Positions 16,510 through 26,620 are shown, numbered from the stretch's first letter. The stretch: 64,000 nt of DNA from an uncultured Pelagibacteraceae bacterium (GCA_902544525.1 CACCCN010000002.1:17416-81415); one strand, 5' to 3'. Program-made: numbers and translations. The notes: generated from the sequence alone by a model not told the origin.

Positions 16510-18456
16510 CTAATTTTTTATTTCAGCAATATGTTGATATTCTTTTAGACATTCTGGATTAGCCAATGCATCAATGTTTTTTACGGGAACTCCATTGATA
16601 ATATCTCTAATAGTTAGCTCAGCAATCTTACCACTTCTTGTTTTAGGGATATCTTTAATCTGAACAATGTGAGCTGGAGCATGCCTTCTTGACAATTTTC
16701 TCTTTATACTTGCAGTTATATCTGATTTTAAAGACTGAGAAATTATTTGATTAGAGTTCAATTTAACAAACAATATTATCCTAACATCATTGTCCCAGTT
16801 TTGCCCTACAGCAATAGATTCTTCTACAGCCTCAAAATCCTCTACAACCCTATAAATTTCAGCCGTCCCAATTCTAATACCGCCTGGATTTAGCGTAGCA
16901 TCTGATCGTCCATATATAATGACCCCATTATTTTTGGTTATTTGTGCATAATCACCTTGTGACCAAATATTATTAAATTGCGAAAAATATGAATCTATAT
17001 AATTTGTTTTATTTTTGTCATTCCAAAATCCAATGGGCATACTTGGAATACTTGAGCGACAAACTAGCTCGCCTTTATCTTTAGTGCTATCACATTCATT
17101 ATTTACAACATCGACTTCTACCCCCAAACACTTAGATTGAATTTCTCCTGCATATACTGGAGTCATGGGATTGCCGCCAACAAAACAAGATACAATATCT
17201 GTCCCTCCACTGATTGAAGCTAAGTGAACATTCTTTTTAATTTTTTTATAAACATACTCAAATCCATCGCTTGATAGAGGTGAACCAGTTGATAAAATAC
17301 ATTTTAAATTTTTTAAATTATAAATTTTACTAATAGGTACATCATCATTTCTAAGTGAATCAATGTATTTGGCACTAATACCAAATATATTTACTTGTTC
17401 CGTATCAGCCATTTTAAATAATGAATCTTTATTTGGAAAAAAAGGAGATCCATCGTATAGCACAATTGAAGCTCCTGAAGCAACTCCAGAAACAAGCCAA
17501 TTCCACATCATCCAACCACATGTAGTATAGTAAAATATTTTATCATTTTGTTTTAGATCACAATGTAGCTGATGTTCTTTCATATGTTGCAATAGTGGAC
17601 CTCCAATATTATGGATAATACACTTGGGTTTTCCAGTAGTTCCACTTGAGTAAAGAATATACATTGGGTCATTAAAATTACATTGTTCAAACATGATATT
17701 CGTATTAATTGCTTCGTCAGTGAAAATAGAATTGAAGTCTTTTATATTTGATAGTTCATCTTGTTTACTATCAGGATAATTAATCTTTAATAAATGCTCA
17801 GCGGAATTAATTTTCTTAAATACAGATTTAATTTTCTCTTTAATATTAATCTTTTTGTCACCATATAAATATACTTCTGAAAACAATAATACTTTTGGAG
17901 TTATCTGAGTAAATCTGTCTAGGATTGCATTTTCCCCAAAATCTGGTGAACAAGACGACCAAATAGCACCTAAACAATTTGTAGCTAAAAAAGCAATTAC
18001 AGTGTTTGGTGTATTTACAGCAACAGCTGCGATTCTATCGCCCTTCTTAACTCCAATAGACCTAAAATAAGCTGACAGCCTCGTTACTTTTTGTAAAAGT
18101 TCATTTTTTGTAACTTCTATTCTGAAATTTTTCTCATTTATAAAAATAATTGGATTTTCATTCATTTTATTGAGAATATTTTGAGCATAATTAATTTTGA
18201 TGTTTGGAAAAAATTCGTGATCGTATATGAATTTATGTGATGATAATGTTGGGTTAATGTCTCCAAAAAAATCAATCTTTAAAAATTCAATTAAAGCTGC
18301 CCAAAAATCATTTTTATGCTGAATACTCCATTGCCATAATAACTCGTAGTCACTATTAAAAGGTGTATTAAATTTATCTTCAATATAGCTATAGAATTTA
18401 GAAAGATTAGAAGATGAGATACTTTCATCTTGAGGACTCCACAATAATTCAGACAT
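16510..18456 (-). CDS. aacS: acetoacetate-CoA ligase (acetoacetyl-CoA synthetase)
   Basis: 648 aa with the AacS-type N-terminus (LWSP...S.L..F...). AMP-binding motif YSSGTTGKPK. C-terminal TRSGKIAE. Confidence 0.8.
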   Translation of the reverse strand: MSELLWSPQDESISSSNLSKFYSYIEDKFNTPFNSDYELLWQWSIQHKNDFWAALIEFLKIDFFGDINPTLSSHKFIYDHEFFPNIKINYAQNILNKMNENPIIFINEKNFRIEVTKNELLQKVTRLSAYFRSIGVKKGDRIAAVAVNTPNTVIAFLATNCLGAIWSSCSPDFGENAILDRFTQITPKVLLFSEVYLYGDKKINIKEKIKSVFKKINSAEHLLKINYPDSKQDELSNIKDFNSIFTDEAINTNIMFEQCNFNDPMYILYSSGTTGKPKCIIHNIGGPLLQHMKEHQLHCDLKQNDKIFYYTTCGWMMWNWLVSGVASGASIVLYDGSPFFPNKDSLFKMADTEQVNIFGISAKYIDSLRNDDVPISKIYNLKNLKCILSTGSPLSSDGFEYVYKKIKKNVHLASISGGTDIVSCFVGGNPMTPVYAGEIQSKCLGVEVDVVNNECDSTKDKGELVCRSSIPSMPIGFWNDKNKTNYIDSYFSQFNNIWSQGDYAQITKNNGVIIYGRSDATLNPGGIRIGTAEIYRVVEDFEAVEESIAVGQNWDNDVRIILFVKLNSNQIISQSLKSDITASIKRKLSRRHAPAHIVQIKDIPKTRSGKIAELTIRDIINGVPVKNIDALANPECLKEYQHIAEIKN

Positions 18457-18473
18457 AAGAAAGATTGTAGTTT

Positions 18474-18506
18474 AAAAAAAAGGGCTTTGCCACAAGACAA
18501 AGCCCT
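18474..18506 (-). terminator. intrinsic terminator downstream of the binding-protein gene
   Basis: AGGGCTTTG-8 nt loop-CAAAGCCCT (GC-rich in an AT-rich context), flanked by an A7 run on plus, which is a U7 run on minus. It also has a T-run on plus. Confidence 0.7.
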
Positions 18507-18533
18507 CTATTTTTTAGACTTTAAAATAATTGA

Positions 18534-19544
18534 CTACGGAAGCCACTTACTCCATGAGTCTTTATTGTTGTCTTTCCACTCTTGTACTACTTCAACAATG
18601 TCTCTGCCATTTTTGTCAATTTCATTGATCATAACAGCTTGATCATCGTTGCTTAGTTTCATTTTTTGGAAAAAAGCTTTTGCATTAGCCATTTCAGGCT
18701 TAGCAAAAACAGCAGGGTTCATATAGTTAATTGTATAGTCTTTATCCCAGCCAGTAGCAGGCCATGAACCAGTTCCACAATCTTCCCAGTTGTTTGCTTC
18801 TGTAAATTTATCACAAGCTTTCCACTCAGGAAGCTTCACTCCAACCATCTCATATGCACCTTGGAACCAGTGTGGTGTCCAGAAGTATAATAAGAAAGGC
18901 TCTTGTCTAGAGTAAGCCGCTTGTGCTTCTGCTAGAGCTGCAACCTCAGTTCCAAGCTCAACAGCTTCAAAATCAATTCCTAGCAAGTCTAATCTTTTTT
19001 GATCATGACAGTTCCAACCAGCAACTGCACATCCAATTAGTCTTCCTTTGCTTCCTGTTTCAGGAGTTGCAAATTGATCTTTATATTTGTTAAGGTCTCT
19101 CCAGTCTCTAAAGTCTGGGTTCGCATCAACAAAGTACTTAGGCACAAAATAATCAGAAGATCCAATTATACCACTTGTATAAACTTCTACTGATCCATCG
19201 CCCTTGTAATCAGATTTTACAACTTGACCGTCATACATAAGATCTTGGTTAACCATTACTTCGTCTGCCTCAGCATAACTTGGCCAACTTTCGCAAGCAA
19301 ATTGAATATCACTTCCATCTGCTACTGCTTCCCAAAGTCCAGTTCCAGAAGGAAAGACAATTGAGTCAATTTTATATCCTAGTTCTTGTTCTAGAATTTG
19401 TTCAGCAACTTCACAAGTTACCATTCCACCTGTCCAGTCAGCTACAGCTCTAGTTAGTCTCTCAGCGCTTGCTGAGCTAAAGCTTGAAACCATTAGGAAT
19501 GATGAAAAGATGAAAGCTGCAAATGTTTTTACATTAAGTTTCAT
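18534..19544 (-). CDS. glycine betaine-type (OpuAC/ProX family) ABC substrate-binding protein
   Basis: Sec signal ending SSASA, Trp/aromatic-rich OpuAC-like fold. Adjacent to a ProW-like permease. Confidence 0.85.
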   Translation of the reverse strand: MKLNVKTFAAFIFSSFLMVSSFSSASAERLTRAVADWTGGMVTCEVAEQILEQELGYKIDSIVFPSGTGLWEAVADGSDIQFACESWPSYAEADEVMVNQDLMYDGQVVKSDYKGDGSVEVYTSGIIGSSDYFVPKYFVDANPDFRDWRDLNKYKDQFATPETGSKGRLIGCAVAGWNCHDQKRLDLLGIDFEAVELGTEVAALAEAQAAYSRQEPFLLYFWTPHWFQGAYEMVGVKLPEWKACDKFTEANNWEDCGTGSWPATGWDKDYTINYMNPAVFAKPEMANAKAFFQKMKLSNDDQAVMINEIDKNGRDIVEVVQEWKDNNKDSWSKWLP

Positions 19545-19653
19545 TTTATTTTACCCTTAATTAAATTAAAAAAGAAAATATTTTAGACTGAAAAGGAGTT
19601 AAAAGTAAACGGCTAATTAGGGTTTTATTTAAAATTATTACTAATAATTATAT

Positions 19654-21774
19654 CTATAATCCTAGTGCTTCACGCTGTTTTTTAGTGTAGGCAAGGCTAA
19701 TTCTATCAATAATAATCGCCAATAAACATATACCTATACCTGCTGCTAATGCCCTGCCGGTGTCTGATCTTGCAAGTCCAGCAAAAACCTCCTTGCCAAG
19801 ACCTTTTCCACCAATCAACGGTGTTACTATCTGCATTGCAAATGCCATCATTACTGTTTGATTGAAACCCATAACAAGACTAGGTATGGCGAGTGGAAAC
19901 TTAATTTTATTTAAAGTTTGCAATGTAGTTCCACCAAAAGATTTTGATACTTCTGAGTAAGTTACTGAAACTTGCGATAAACCTAAAACTGTTAGTCTTA
20001 TTATTGGAGGTATAGAATATATGATTGTTGCAATCAGAGCTGAAACGACCCCTCCACCAAAAAACATTAATACAGGAATTAAGTAACAAAAATATGGAAG
20101 AGTTTGCATTGCATCTAAAATAACTTCGTTAATATTTTGAAATCTTTTACTATAGGATGCTAAAATACCGATTGGTACTCCAATAATAAAACAAAAGAAA
20201 ACAGATATCATAACAGATGACAGCGTTATCATTGCTTGAGTCCATATATTGCAAGCTGCAATAAAAAGTAACAGTAATGCAGAAACAAACGCAAATCTTA
20301 TTCCAACTGAAGCCCAAGCTATTACTACGAATGCAGACATAACATACCACCAAGGCATAAATGTTAAGTATGTATCAAGTGGTCGCATCAAGTAAATAGT
20401 GACATAGGCTCGCAATCCTTTTGTAAAAGCTATAAACGTTGGATTAATAGTAAGCCATTGGACACTTGATTCAATTGGCTCTCTAATTGATAGAGCCCAA
20501 GATTCTGGAAATTGACCAATTCCTGGTCCAATGGAACCATATAAACTTATAGAATATAAAATTAAAACTCCTGAAAAAAAATAAAAATGCTTATTGAGAA
20601 AATTACTAATAGACTCGGCAAAATCTGAATTAAATAAGCTAAAAATTTCACTAGTAATATATGCGACTAAACCAATAGTAAGTTTAAAAACTGTCTCTAT
20701 GATAAAGTGGATAGTACCCAGGGGTTTTTCAATTATTTTTGCAATTGGATAAATTTCCCACTCCTGAGGTAGCAAGTGAAACTTTGTACTTTCAGAGGGT
20801 AAGGTTTTTGACTCTGCACTTAATGCTTTCCCAAACCTATCAAACATTATAGCCATAAGTAAAACACATAGGCCGCCTTCCATAGCATAACCAACATCAA
20901 GTTTTCTTATAGCAATCCATATTTCTGCTCCAAGTCCTTGGGCTCCAATAAATGTAGCTAAAACAATAAGTGCTAAGGCCATCATTATTGTTTGATTAAC
21001 TCCCATCATAATACTTGGAAGCGCTAAAGGAATTTGAATTTTAAATAATGTTTGAGTCTTAGTTGAACCAAATGAAGTAGCTGTCTCAATTGTTTCATTG
21101 GGCACCTGACGAATGCCTAAGTTAGTGAGACGAATTATTGGAGGCATAGAATAGATCATAGTTGCTAATATTGCAGGAGCTGCGCCTATACCAAAGAAAA
21201 ACATAGCTGGTATAAGATAAACAAATGCTGGCATAACTTGCATCGTATCTAATAATGGTTTTAAGAATGATTCAAACCTATCACTCTGGGAGCACAACAC
21301 TCCAAAAAAAACACCAACAATTACCGAAAGTAAAACTGACAAACCCATTAAAGCCATAGACTCCATGGCAGGGTCCCACATATCAACCGCTCCCCAAAAA
21401 TAAACACCAAAAATAAATAATATTGCTAATCTTAATCCGCCAATCATAAATGAAGGTACAATCATCAGGGCTGCAACAAATACCCACGAAGAGTCTAAAA
21501 GAAAATCTTCAAAACCGTAATACCCTACTTTAACATAACTAGCTATTAATCTTGTAATCCACTTATAGTGATCTTTTAAATAGTCTTCGCCTGCATTTAT
21601 CCATGCAGTAAACGTAAATGCATCTGTTGCGAATTTTGGAAAGGTTGATTTGACCTCGCTTTGGAAAGCTAAATAAATTGAAAGTGCGAAGGCAACAAAA
21701 ATAACAAATGGTATTAATAAGCTATAATAACTTGAATTTGAGGTATTTTTTTTAGTGCTGCTCAGAAATGCCAT
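19654..21774 (-). CDS. fused tandem ProW-like ABC permease (two transmembrane domains in one polypeptide)
   Basis: The EAA-loop region occurs twice: MQVMPAFVYLIP...PPIIRLTNLGIRQVP...FKIQIPLALPSIMMGVNQTIMMAL and MQTLPYFCYLIP...PPIIRLTVLGLSQVS...NKIKFPLAIPSLVMGFNQTVMMAF. Start moved to ATG 21774 (MAFLSS...). Confidence 0.85.
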   Translation of the reverse strand: MAFLSSTKKNTSNSSYYSLLIPFVIFVAFALSIYLAFQSEVKSTFPKFATDAFTFTAWINAGEDYLKDHYKWITRLIASYVKVGYYGFEDFLLDSSWVFVAALMIVPSFMIGGLRLAILFIFGVYFWGAVDMWDPAMESMALMGLSVLLSVIVGVFFGVLCSQSDRFESFLKPLLDTMQVMPAFVYLIPAMFFFGIGAAPAILATMIYSMPPIIRLTNLGIRQVPNETIETATSFGSTKTQTLFKIQIPLALPSIMMGVNQTIMMALALIVLATFIGAQGLGAEIWIAIRKLDVGYAMEGGLCVLLMAIMFDRFGKALSAESKTLPSESTKFHLLPQEWEIYPIAKIIEKPLGTIHFIIETVFKLTIGLVAYITSEIFSLFNSDFAESISNFLNKHFYFFSGVLILYSISLYGSIGPGIGQFPESWALSIREPIESSVQWLTINPTFIAFTKGLRAYVTIYLMRPLDTYLTFMPWWYVMSAFVVIAWASVGIRFAFVSALLLLFIAACNIWTQAMITLSSVMISVFFCFIIGVPIGILASYSKRFQNINEVILDAMQTLPYFCYLIPVLMFFGGGVVSALIATIIYSIPPIIRLTVLGLSQVSVTYSEVSKSFGGTTLQTLNKIKFPLAIPSLVMGFNQTVMMAFAMQIVTPLIGGKGLGKEVFAGLARSDTGRALAAGIGICLLAIIIDRISLAYTKKQREALGL

Positions 21775-21868
21775 AATAAAAATTTGTGATTGTTGGATAT
21801 ATTTTAAAGTTATAAAGTTATAAAATACATTCTTGCATCTTCTAGACAATATAATAGTATTTTTTTAT

Positions 21869-22912
21869 ATGGAAAGTAACGAAAAAATTATTTGTAATAA
21901 TATTTGGAAACTATTTGGTCCAAATGAGAAATCTATTTTATCAAATTTAGACAAAAACTTGTCTCGAAGTGAAGTTCAATTAAAAACTGGACATGTAGTA
22001 GCTGTAAAAGATGTTAGTTTTTCAATAAAAAAAGGTGAAACTTTTGTTGTCATGGGCTTATCAGGTAGTGGCAAATCAACATTGGCCAGGTGCATATCAA
22101 GATTAATAGAACCTACTCATGGTGAAGTCAAAATTGATGACATGGATGTTATTAAAATGAATAAAAATGAACTTACCAACCTTAGAAGAAATAGAATGAG
22201 TATGGTTTTTCAACATTTTGGTCTTTTTCCTCATAAAAAAGTAATCGATAATATTTCCTATGGATTGGAAATAAGAGGCACTAAACCTAAAGAGCGTTTA
22301 GAAAGAGCAATGGAAATTTGTAAAATGGTTGGGTTAGAAGGCTGGGATAATCATTACCCAAGAGAGTTATCAGGAGGTATGCAGCAGAGAGTTGGATTAG
22401 CAAGAGCGCTTGCTGTTGATCCAGAGATACTCATATTTGATGAACCATTTTCAGCCTTAGACCCTCTAATAAGAAGAGAAATGCAAGACGAACTTTTAAA
22501 ACTACAAGAAAAACTTCAAAAAACTATGGTTTTTATTACTCATGATTTTGCTGAAGCAATTAAAATGGGCGATACAATTGCAATTATGAAAGATGGTGAA
22601 ATTTCACAGTTAGGTACCCCTGAAGAAATTGTTGCTAATCCAATTGATCAATATGTAAAAGATTTTACTGAGGACGTTCCTAAATATAAAGTTTTAAGTG
22701 CCGGTAAAATTTGCAGAAAACAAGTATGTGATGAAACAAAAAAAACTTTTGAAGAAGGCAAAGACTGTATTCCCAATAATTCTAAGATAGATGGTTTAAT
22801 GGATATGTGTTGTGATAGTGATAAGACGTTTCCAGTAGTAGATAGCATAACTGGTGAGCTTGTTGGTGAAATTGATCGTACTATTATTATGCAATCAATG
22901 ACTTCTAAGTAA
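21869..22912 (+). CDS. ProV-like ABC transporter ATP-binding protein
   Basis: Walker A GLSGSGKST, signature LSGGMQQRVGLARA, Walker B ILIFDEP. Short C-terminal CBS-like tail. Start set at ATG 21869 (MESNEK...). Confidence 0.9.
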   Translation: MESNEKIICNNIWKLFGPNEKSILSNLDKNLSRSEVQLKTGHVVAVKDVSFSIKKGETFVVMGLSGSGKSTLARCISRLIEPTHGEVKIDDMDVIKMNKNELTNLRRNRMSMVFQHFGLFPHKKVIDNISYGLEIRGTKPKERLERAMEICKMVGLEGWDNHYPRELSGGMQQRVGLARALAVDPEILIFDEPFSALDPLIRREMQDELLKLQEKLQKTMVFITHDFAEAIKMGDTIAIMKDGEISQLGTPEEIVANPIDQYVKDFTEDVPKYKVLSAGKICRKQVCDETKKTFEEGKDCIPNNSKIDGLMDMCCDSDKTFPVVDSITGELVGEIDRTIIMQSMTSK

Positions 22913-22918
22913 ATAATT

Positions 22919-23842
22919 CTAGAAAGGTTTCTTTACTTCTAGATCATGACTCTCTTTTTTGGCATCGCGCCAAATGATAATCATTCCAGCTAAAACAATA
23001 GCTAATACACCTGGGAATAATTGATTTATAGGCGCCTCTTTGAAAAAAATCCAGCCCAAAATAAATGATGATGGAATTCCAAAATACTCAAATGGTGCAA
23101 GCTTACTAGGTGTCAATAAACGGTAAGCATATATAAACAAAATACCTCCTGTACCACCAAGAATTCCTGTCATTATCATCAAAAATAAATGATTTATACT
23201 TTCAATTGATTGATACCCTGAAAATAAAACGAATAATAAAAGAGCTCCTAGAATTGAAAAAAATAATGAATAAAATTGAATTTTTGCAGTGGAAACATTT
23301 TCTGGAACAAATCTTAATACTATCATTGAAAGTGACCACAAGAACGCAACTAAGATTGGAAAGATTGAGTACAATGTGAAAACATCACTAGTAGGTTTCA
23401 TAATCATCAAAACTCCAGCAAAACCAATGAAAATTGCTGACCAACGAAATATTCCAACTTTATCTTTTAAAATTATTATAGACATTAGTGCTACAAAGAA
23501 AGGTGAGGCAAAAGTTAATGTCATAGCAATTGCATACTTCATATTAATAACGGCAATAAAGAAGAAAACATTTACACCTGTAAAACATAATCCCCTAATT
23601 AAACAAATAGAAATAAACTTTTTATCTAAATTTTGAAAAATTTTTAAATCTTCCTTTGAAAATATAATAAGAATTATTAAGGGTATAATTGCAAATACAT
23701 TTCTAAATACCAATAACTGAGTAGTTGTATATTGATCACCAAGACTTTTAATAATTATACCCATGGTATCAATTAGTAAAACACCTAAAAGCATTGCTCC
23801 GACAGCTAAATAAGTATTAACGTTAAAAGAGTATTTTTTCAT
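22919..23842 (-). CDS. DMT/EamA family transporter
   Basis: 10-TM hydrophobic profile in two EamA-like halves. Confidence 0.8.
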   Translation of the reverse strand: MKKYSFNVNTYLAVGAMLLGVLLIDTMGIIIKSLGDQYTTTQLLVFRNVFAIIPLIILIIFSKEDLKIFQNLDKKFISICLIRGLCFTGVNVFFFIAVINMKYAIAMTLTFASPFFVALMSIIILKDKVGIFRWSAIFIGFAGVLMIMKPTSDVFTLYSIFPILVAFLWSLSMIVLRFVPENVSTAKIQFYSLFFSILGALLLFVLFSGYQSIESINHLFLMIMTGILGGTGGILFIYAYRLLTPSKLAPFEYFGIPSSFILGWIFFKEAPINQLFPGVLAIVLAGMIIIWRDAKKESHDLEVKKPF

Positions 23843-23983
23843 AAAATAAATATTTTTTTATTTTAGACTAGTATAATTTTTATTCGAATAATATGTTAAA
23901 AATTACTTTTAAAGATAACTCAAAAGAATTATAGTTTTGCTCTCTATATAATTAATAAATAATATTTGAAGGAACTTTTTTCT

Positions 23984-25174
23984 ATGAAGCATTTTAAATT
24001 TAATATTGATGAAATTTTACAACCTCAAGATTGGGGGTTTCCAGTTCCAATAGCTTATGGGCCTGGAAGAATAAAAGAAATTTCTACTTTTTGTATAAAT
24101 TTAAATATTCAAAACCCTTTAATAGTCACAGACAGTGGGAGTAAAGATTTACCTTTTATTGAAGACTTAAAAAAAATTCTTACAGATGCAAATATAAAAT
24201 CTGATCTCTTTTATGGTATATCACCGAACCCAAGAAGTGATGAGATAGCTGATGGGTGCTCTAAATTTAGTGAAGGAAATCACGATGCAATAATCGCAAT
24301 AGGTGGAGGAAGTGCAATGGATGGTGGAAAATCTATTTGTTTAACAGCTAATAATGATTATCCATTGTTTGATTTTGATTGGGAAAAGCCTGCGCCAAAA
24401 ATTACTAAAGAAAATCAATTTCCAAAGTTAATAACAGTTCCAACGACAGCTGGAACTGGTGCCGAAACTGAAAGTACAGCGATGGTTACTGATGTAGAGC
24501 AAATGATGAAGTTTTGTATCTGCCATCCGGAGCTAAAACCATCTGTTGCCATACTTGACCCTGAATTAACTTTAAAACTACCAGCCAACCTAACTGCATG
24601 GACAGGTGTTGATGCAATGGTTCATGCTATTGAGGGATATATTGTTCCTGGTTTTCATCCATTGTGTGATGGAGCAGCTTTAGAAAGCTTAAATTTAATA
24701 TCTAAATCTTTACACTTAGCTGTAGAAGAGCCTGATAACTTAGCTGCTCGTGGTGCTATGCTGGTGGCATCAATGCTTGGAGGTGTTGCATTTATAAAAG
24801 GTCTTGGACTTGTTCATGCAATTGCTCATATGGTTGGTGCTGAATACAACACCCATCATGGTTTAACAAATGCTATAATTCTTCCAACAGTATTGAGATA
24901 TAACCTTCCAACTTTAGAAGAAAAAGTAAAGCGTATGTCTGAAGCAATGCAATATGAAGACAGTTCCGTTGCTACATTTATCACGAACCAAGAAAAACTC
25001 TTGGACAGGTTTAATATTCCTAAAGGACTTAAGGAAATTGGCGTTCCTGAAGATTGTGTGGACAGAATTGCAGAAAAATCTATGGTTGATACAGCATTTG
25101 GAACTAATCCAATTAAAGCAGATCTTGATGATGTGCGTAAATTAGTAATTGAAAGCATAAATAAAGCCAGATAA
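23984..25174 (+). CDS. iron-containing (group III) alcohol dehydrogenase
   Basis: GGGSAMDGGK, TTAGTGAE and HAIAHMVGAEYNTHHG motifs. ATG at 23984 preferred over the track's TTG at 23966. Confidence 0.85.
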   Translation: MKHFKFNIDEILQPQDWGFPVPIAYGPGRIKEISTFCINLNIQNPLIVTDSGSKDLPFIEDLKKILTDANIKSDLFYGISPNPRSDEIADGCSKFSEGNHDAIIAIGGGSAMDGGKSICLTANNDYPLFDFDWEKPAPKITKENQFPKLITVPTTAGTGAETESTAMVTDVEQMMKFCICHPELKPSVAILDPELTLKLPANLTAWTGVDAMVHAIEGYIVPGFHPLCDGAALESLNLISKSLHLAVEEPDNLAARGAMLVASMLGGVAFIKGLGLVHAIAHMVGAEYNTHHGLTNAIILPTVLRYNLPTLEEKVKRMSEAMQYEDSSVATFITNQEKLLDRFNIPKGLKEIGVPEDCVDRIAEKSMVDTAFGTNPIKADLDDVRKLVIESINKAR

Positions 25175-25185
25175 GGGAGGCAGTT

Positions 25186-26613
25186 TTGGAAAATCTTCAA
25201 AAATTTTATATTAATGGTAAGTGGGTAAAGCCAAGCTCAAAAAATACTATGCCTGTAATAAATCCTGCAACTGAGGAACAAATTGGAACTGTGGCTATGG
25301 GGAATGCCGAGGATGTTGATTTAGCAGTTTCTGCAGCTAATGAAGCATTTGTGACTTTTTCTCAAACAAGTATTCAAGATCGCCTGGACTTACTTATAAA
25401 AATAAAAGATGTAACCCAAAAGCGCTTTGAAGAATTAGTAATAGCAATGAGCACAGAAATGGGCGCGCCAATGACCATGGCTAGAGATGCGCAAGCAGAT
25501 GCAGCGATAGGACATTTAGATGGCTTTATTGATGCCTTAAAAAATTTAGAAGATCAAAAAACTTTACCTAACGGTGATGTACTCTGTAAAGAGGCAATTG
25601 GTGTATGCGGCCTAATAACTCCATGGAACTGGCCCATCAATCAAATTACCTTAAAAGTATTACCTGCTATTGCTACTGGTTGTGCAAGTATTCTTAAACC
25701 TTCAGAACATACACCTATGTCAGCTGTTGTTTACACAGAAATATTACACGATGCAGGTGTACCTGCTGGTGTTTTTAATCTTGTTCAAGGAAATGGGGAA
25801 GACGTGGGTGTTGCTTTATCAAGGCACCCTGATATTCAAATGATTTCATTTACCGGCTCAACGCGTGGTGGTATTTCTGTTACCAAGGAATCCGCGACAA
25901 CAGTAAAAAAAGTTACACTTGAACTTGGTGGCAAATCTCCAAACTTAGTTTTTGCTGACTGTGATCTTCAAGAAAAAGTTACTGCATCAGTTAATGAATG
26001 TATGTTTAATACTGGTCAATCTTGTGATGCACCTACGCGATTATTGGTAGAAAAAAAATGCTATGCAGAAGTTCTAGAAATTGCAAAACAAGCTGCTGAG
26101 AATATTTTACTTGGTGATCCCACGAAAGAAGGTGATCATTTGGGTCCGCTTTTCGACAAAATTCAATACGATCGAGTGCAGACAATGATTAAAGTAGGTA
26201 TTGATGAAGGGGTAACATTGCTTACTGGCGGACTTGGTAAACCTGAAGGATTTGAAACTGGTTGGTATACGAAACCAACAATATTTGCAGATGTGACTAA
26301 TGATAAACGTGTGGCTCAAGAAGAAATTTTTGGCCCTGTGCTAGTAATCATTCCTTTCGAGGATGAGGCAGATGCCATCAAAATAGCTAATGATACCCCA
26401 TATGGATTAGCAGCATACATGCAAACTGGAAGTAAAGAACGAGCAGACCGAGTAGCAAGACAATTGCGAGCTGGCGCAGTGCATGTTAATGGAGCAGGAT
26501 ATAATTATGGCTCACCATTTGGAGGATATAAACAATCAGGCAATGGACGTGAAGGTGGCGACATGGGTATCGAAGACTATCTTGAAACAAAGACTTTACA
26601 TTTTCCATCTTGA
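25186..26613 (+). CDS. NAD(P)-dependent aldehyde dehydrogenase
   Basis: ITPWNWP, FTGST, ELGGKSP, catalytic Cys context NTGQSCDA, EEIFGPV. TTG start preceded by a strong AAGGGAGG Shine-Dalgarno. Confidence 0.9.
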   Translation: MENLQKFYINGKWVKPSSKNTMPVINPATEEQIGTVAMGNAEDVDLAVSAANEAFVTFSQTSIQDRLDLLIKIKDVTQKRFEELVIAMSTEMGAPMTMARDAQADAAIGHLDGFIDALKNLEDQKTLPNGDVLCKEAIGVCGLITPWNWPINQITLKVLPAIATGCASILKPSEHTPMSAVVYTEILHDAGVPAGVFNLVQGNGEDVGVALSRHPDIQMISFTGSTRGGISVTKESATTVKKVTLELGGKSPNLVFADCDLQEKVTASVNECMFNTGQSCDAPTRLLVEKKCYAEVLEIAKQAAENILLGDPTKEGDHLGPLFDKIQYDRVQTMIKVGIDEGVTLLTGGLGKPEGFETGWYTKPTIFADVTNDKRVAQEEIFGPVLVIIPFEDEADAIKIANDTPYGLAAYMQTGSKERADRVARQLRAGAVHVNGAGYNYGSPFGGYKQSGNGREGGDMGIEDYLETKTLHFPS

Positions 26614-26620
26614 ATTATAA

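Noticed and set aside
21807-21822. Tandem direct repeat AAGTTATA-AAGTTATA in the permease/ATPase divergent spacer
   Set aside because: It is only two short AT-rich units, indistinguishable from chance or from -10-like promoter sequence.
21775-21868. The ORF-track starts make the fused permease and the ProV genes overlap divergently (21833-21849)
   Set aside because: Internal ATGs at 21774 (MAFLSS) and 21869 (MESNEK) give sensible N-termini and a normal 94-nt divergent promoter region.
18506-23875. The 9-mer TTTTAGACT recurs in three intergenic regions (about 18511, 19585, 23863) near transporter genes
   Set aside because: A rough estimate from base composition gives about two chance occurrences per window. 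The flanks are not conserved between copies.
23880-23891. 12-bp perfect palindrome TTATTCGAATAA upstream of the alcohol dehydrogenase operon
   Set aside because: Short palindromes of this size are expected dozens of times by chance at this base composition, and there is no repeat of the motif.
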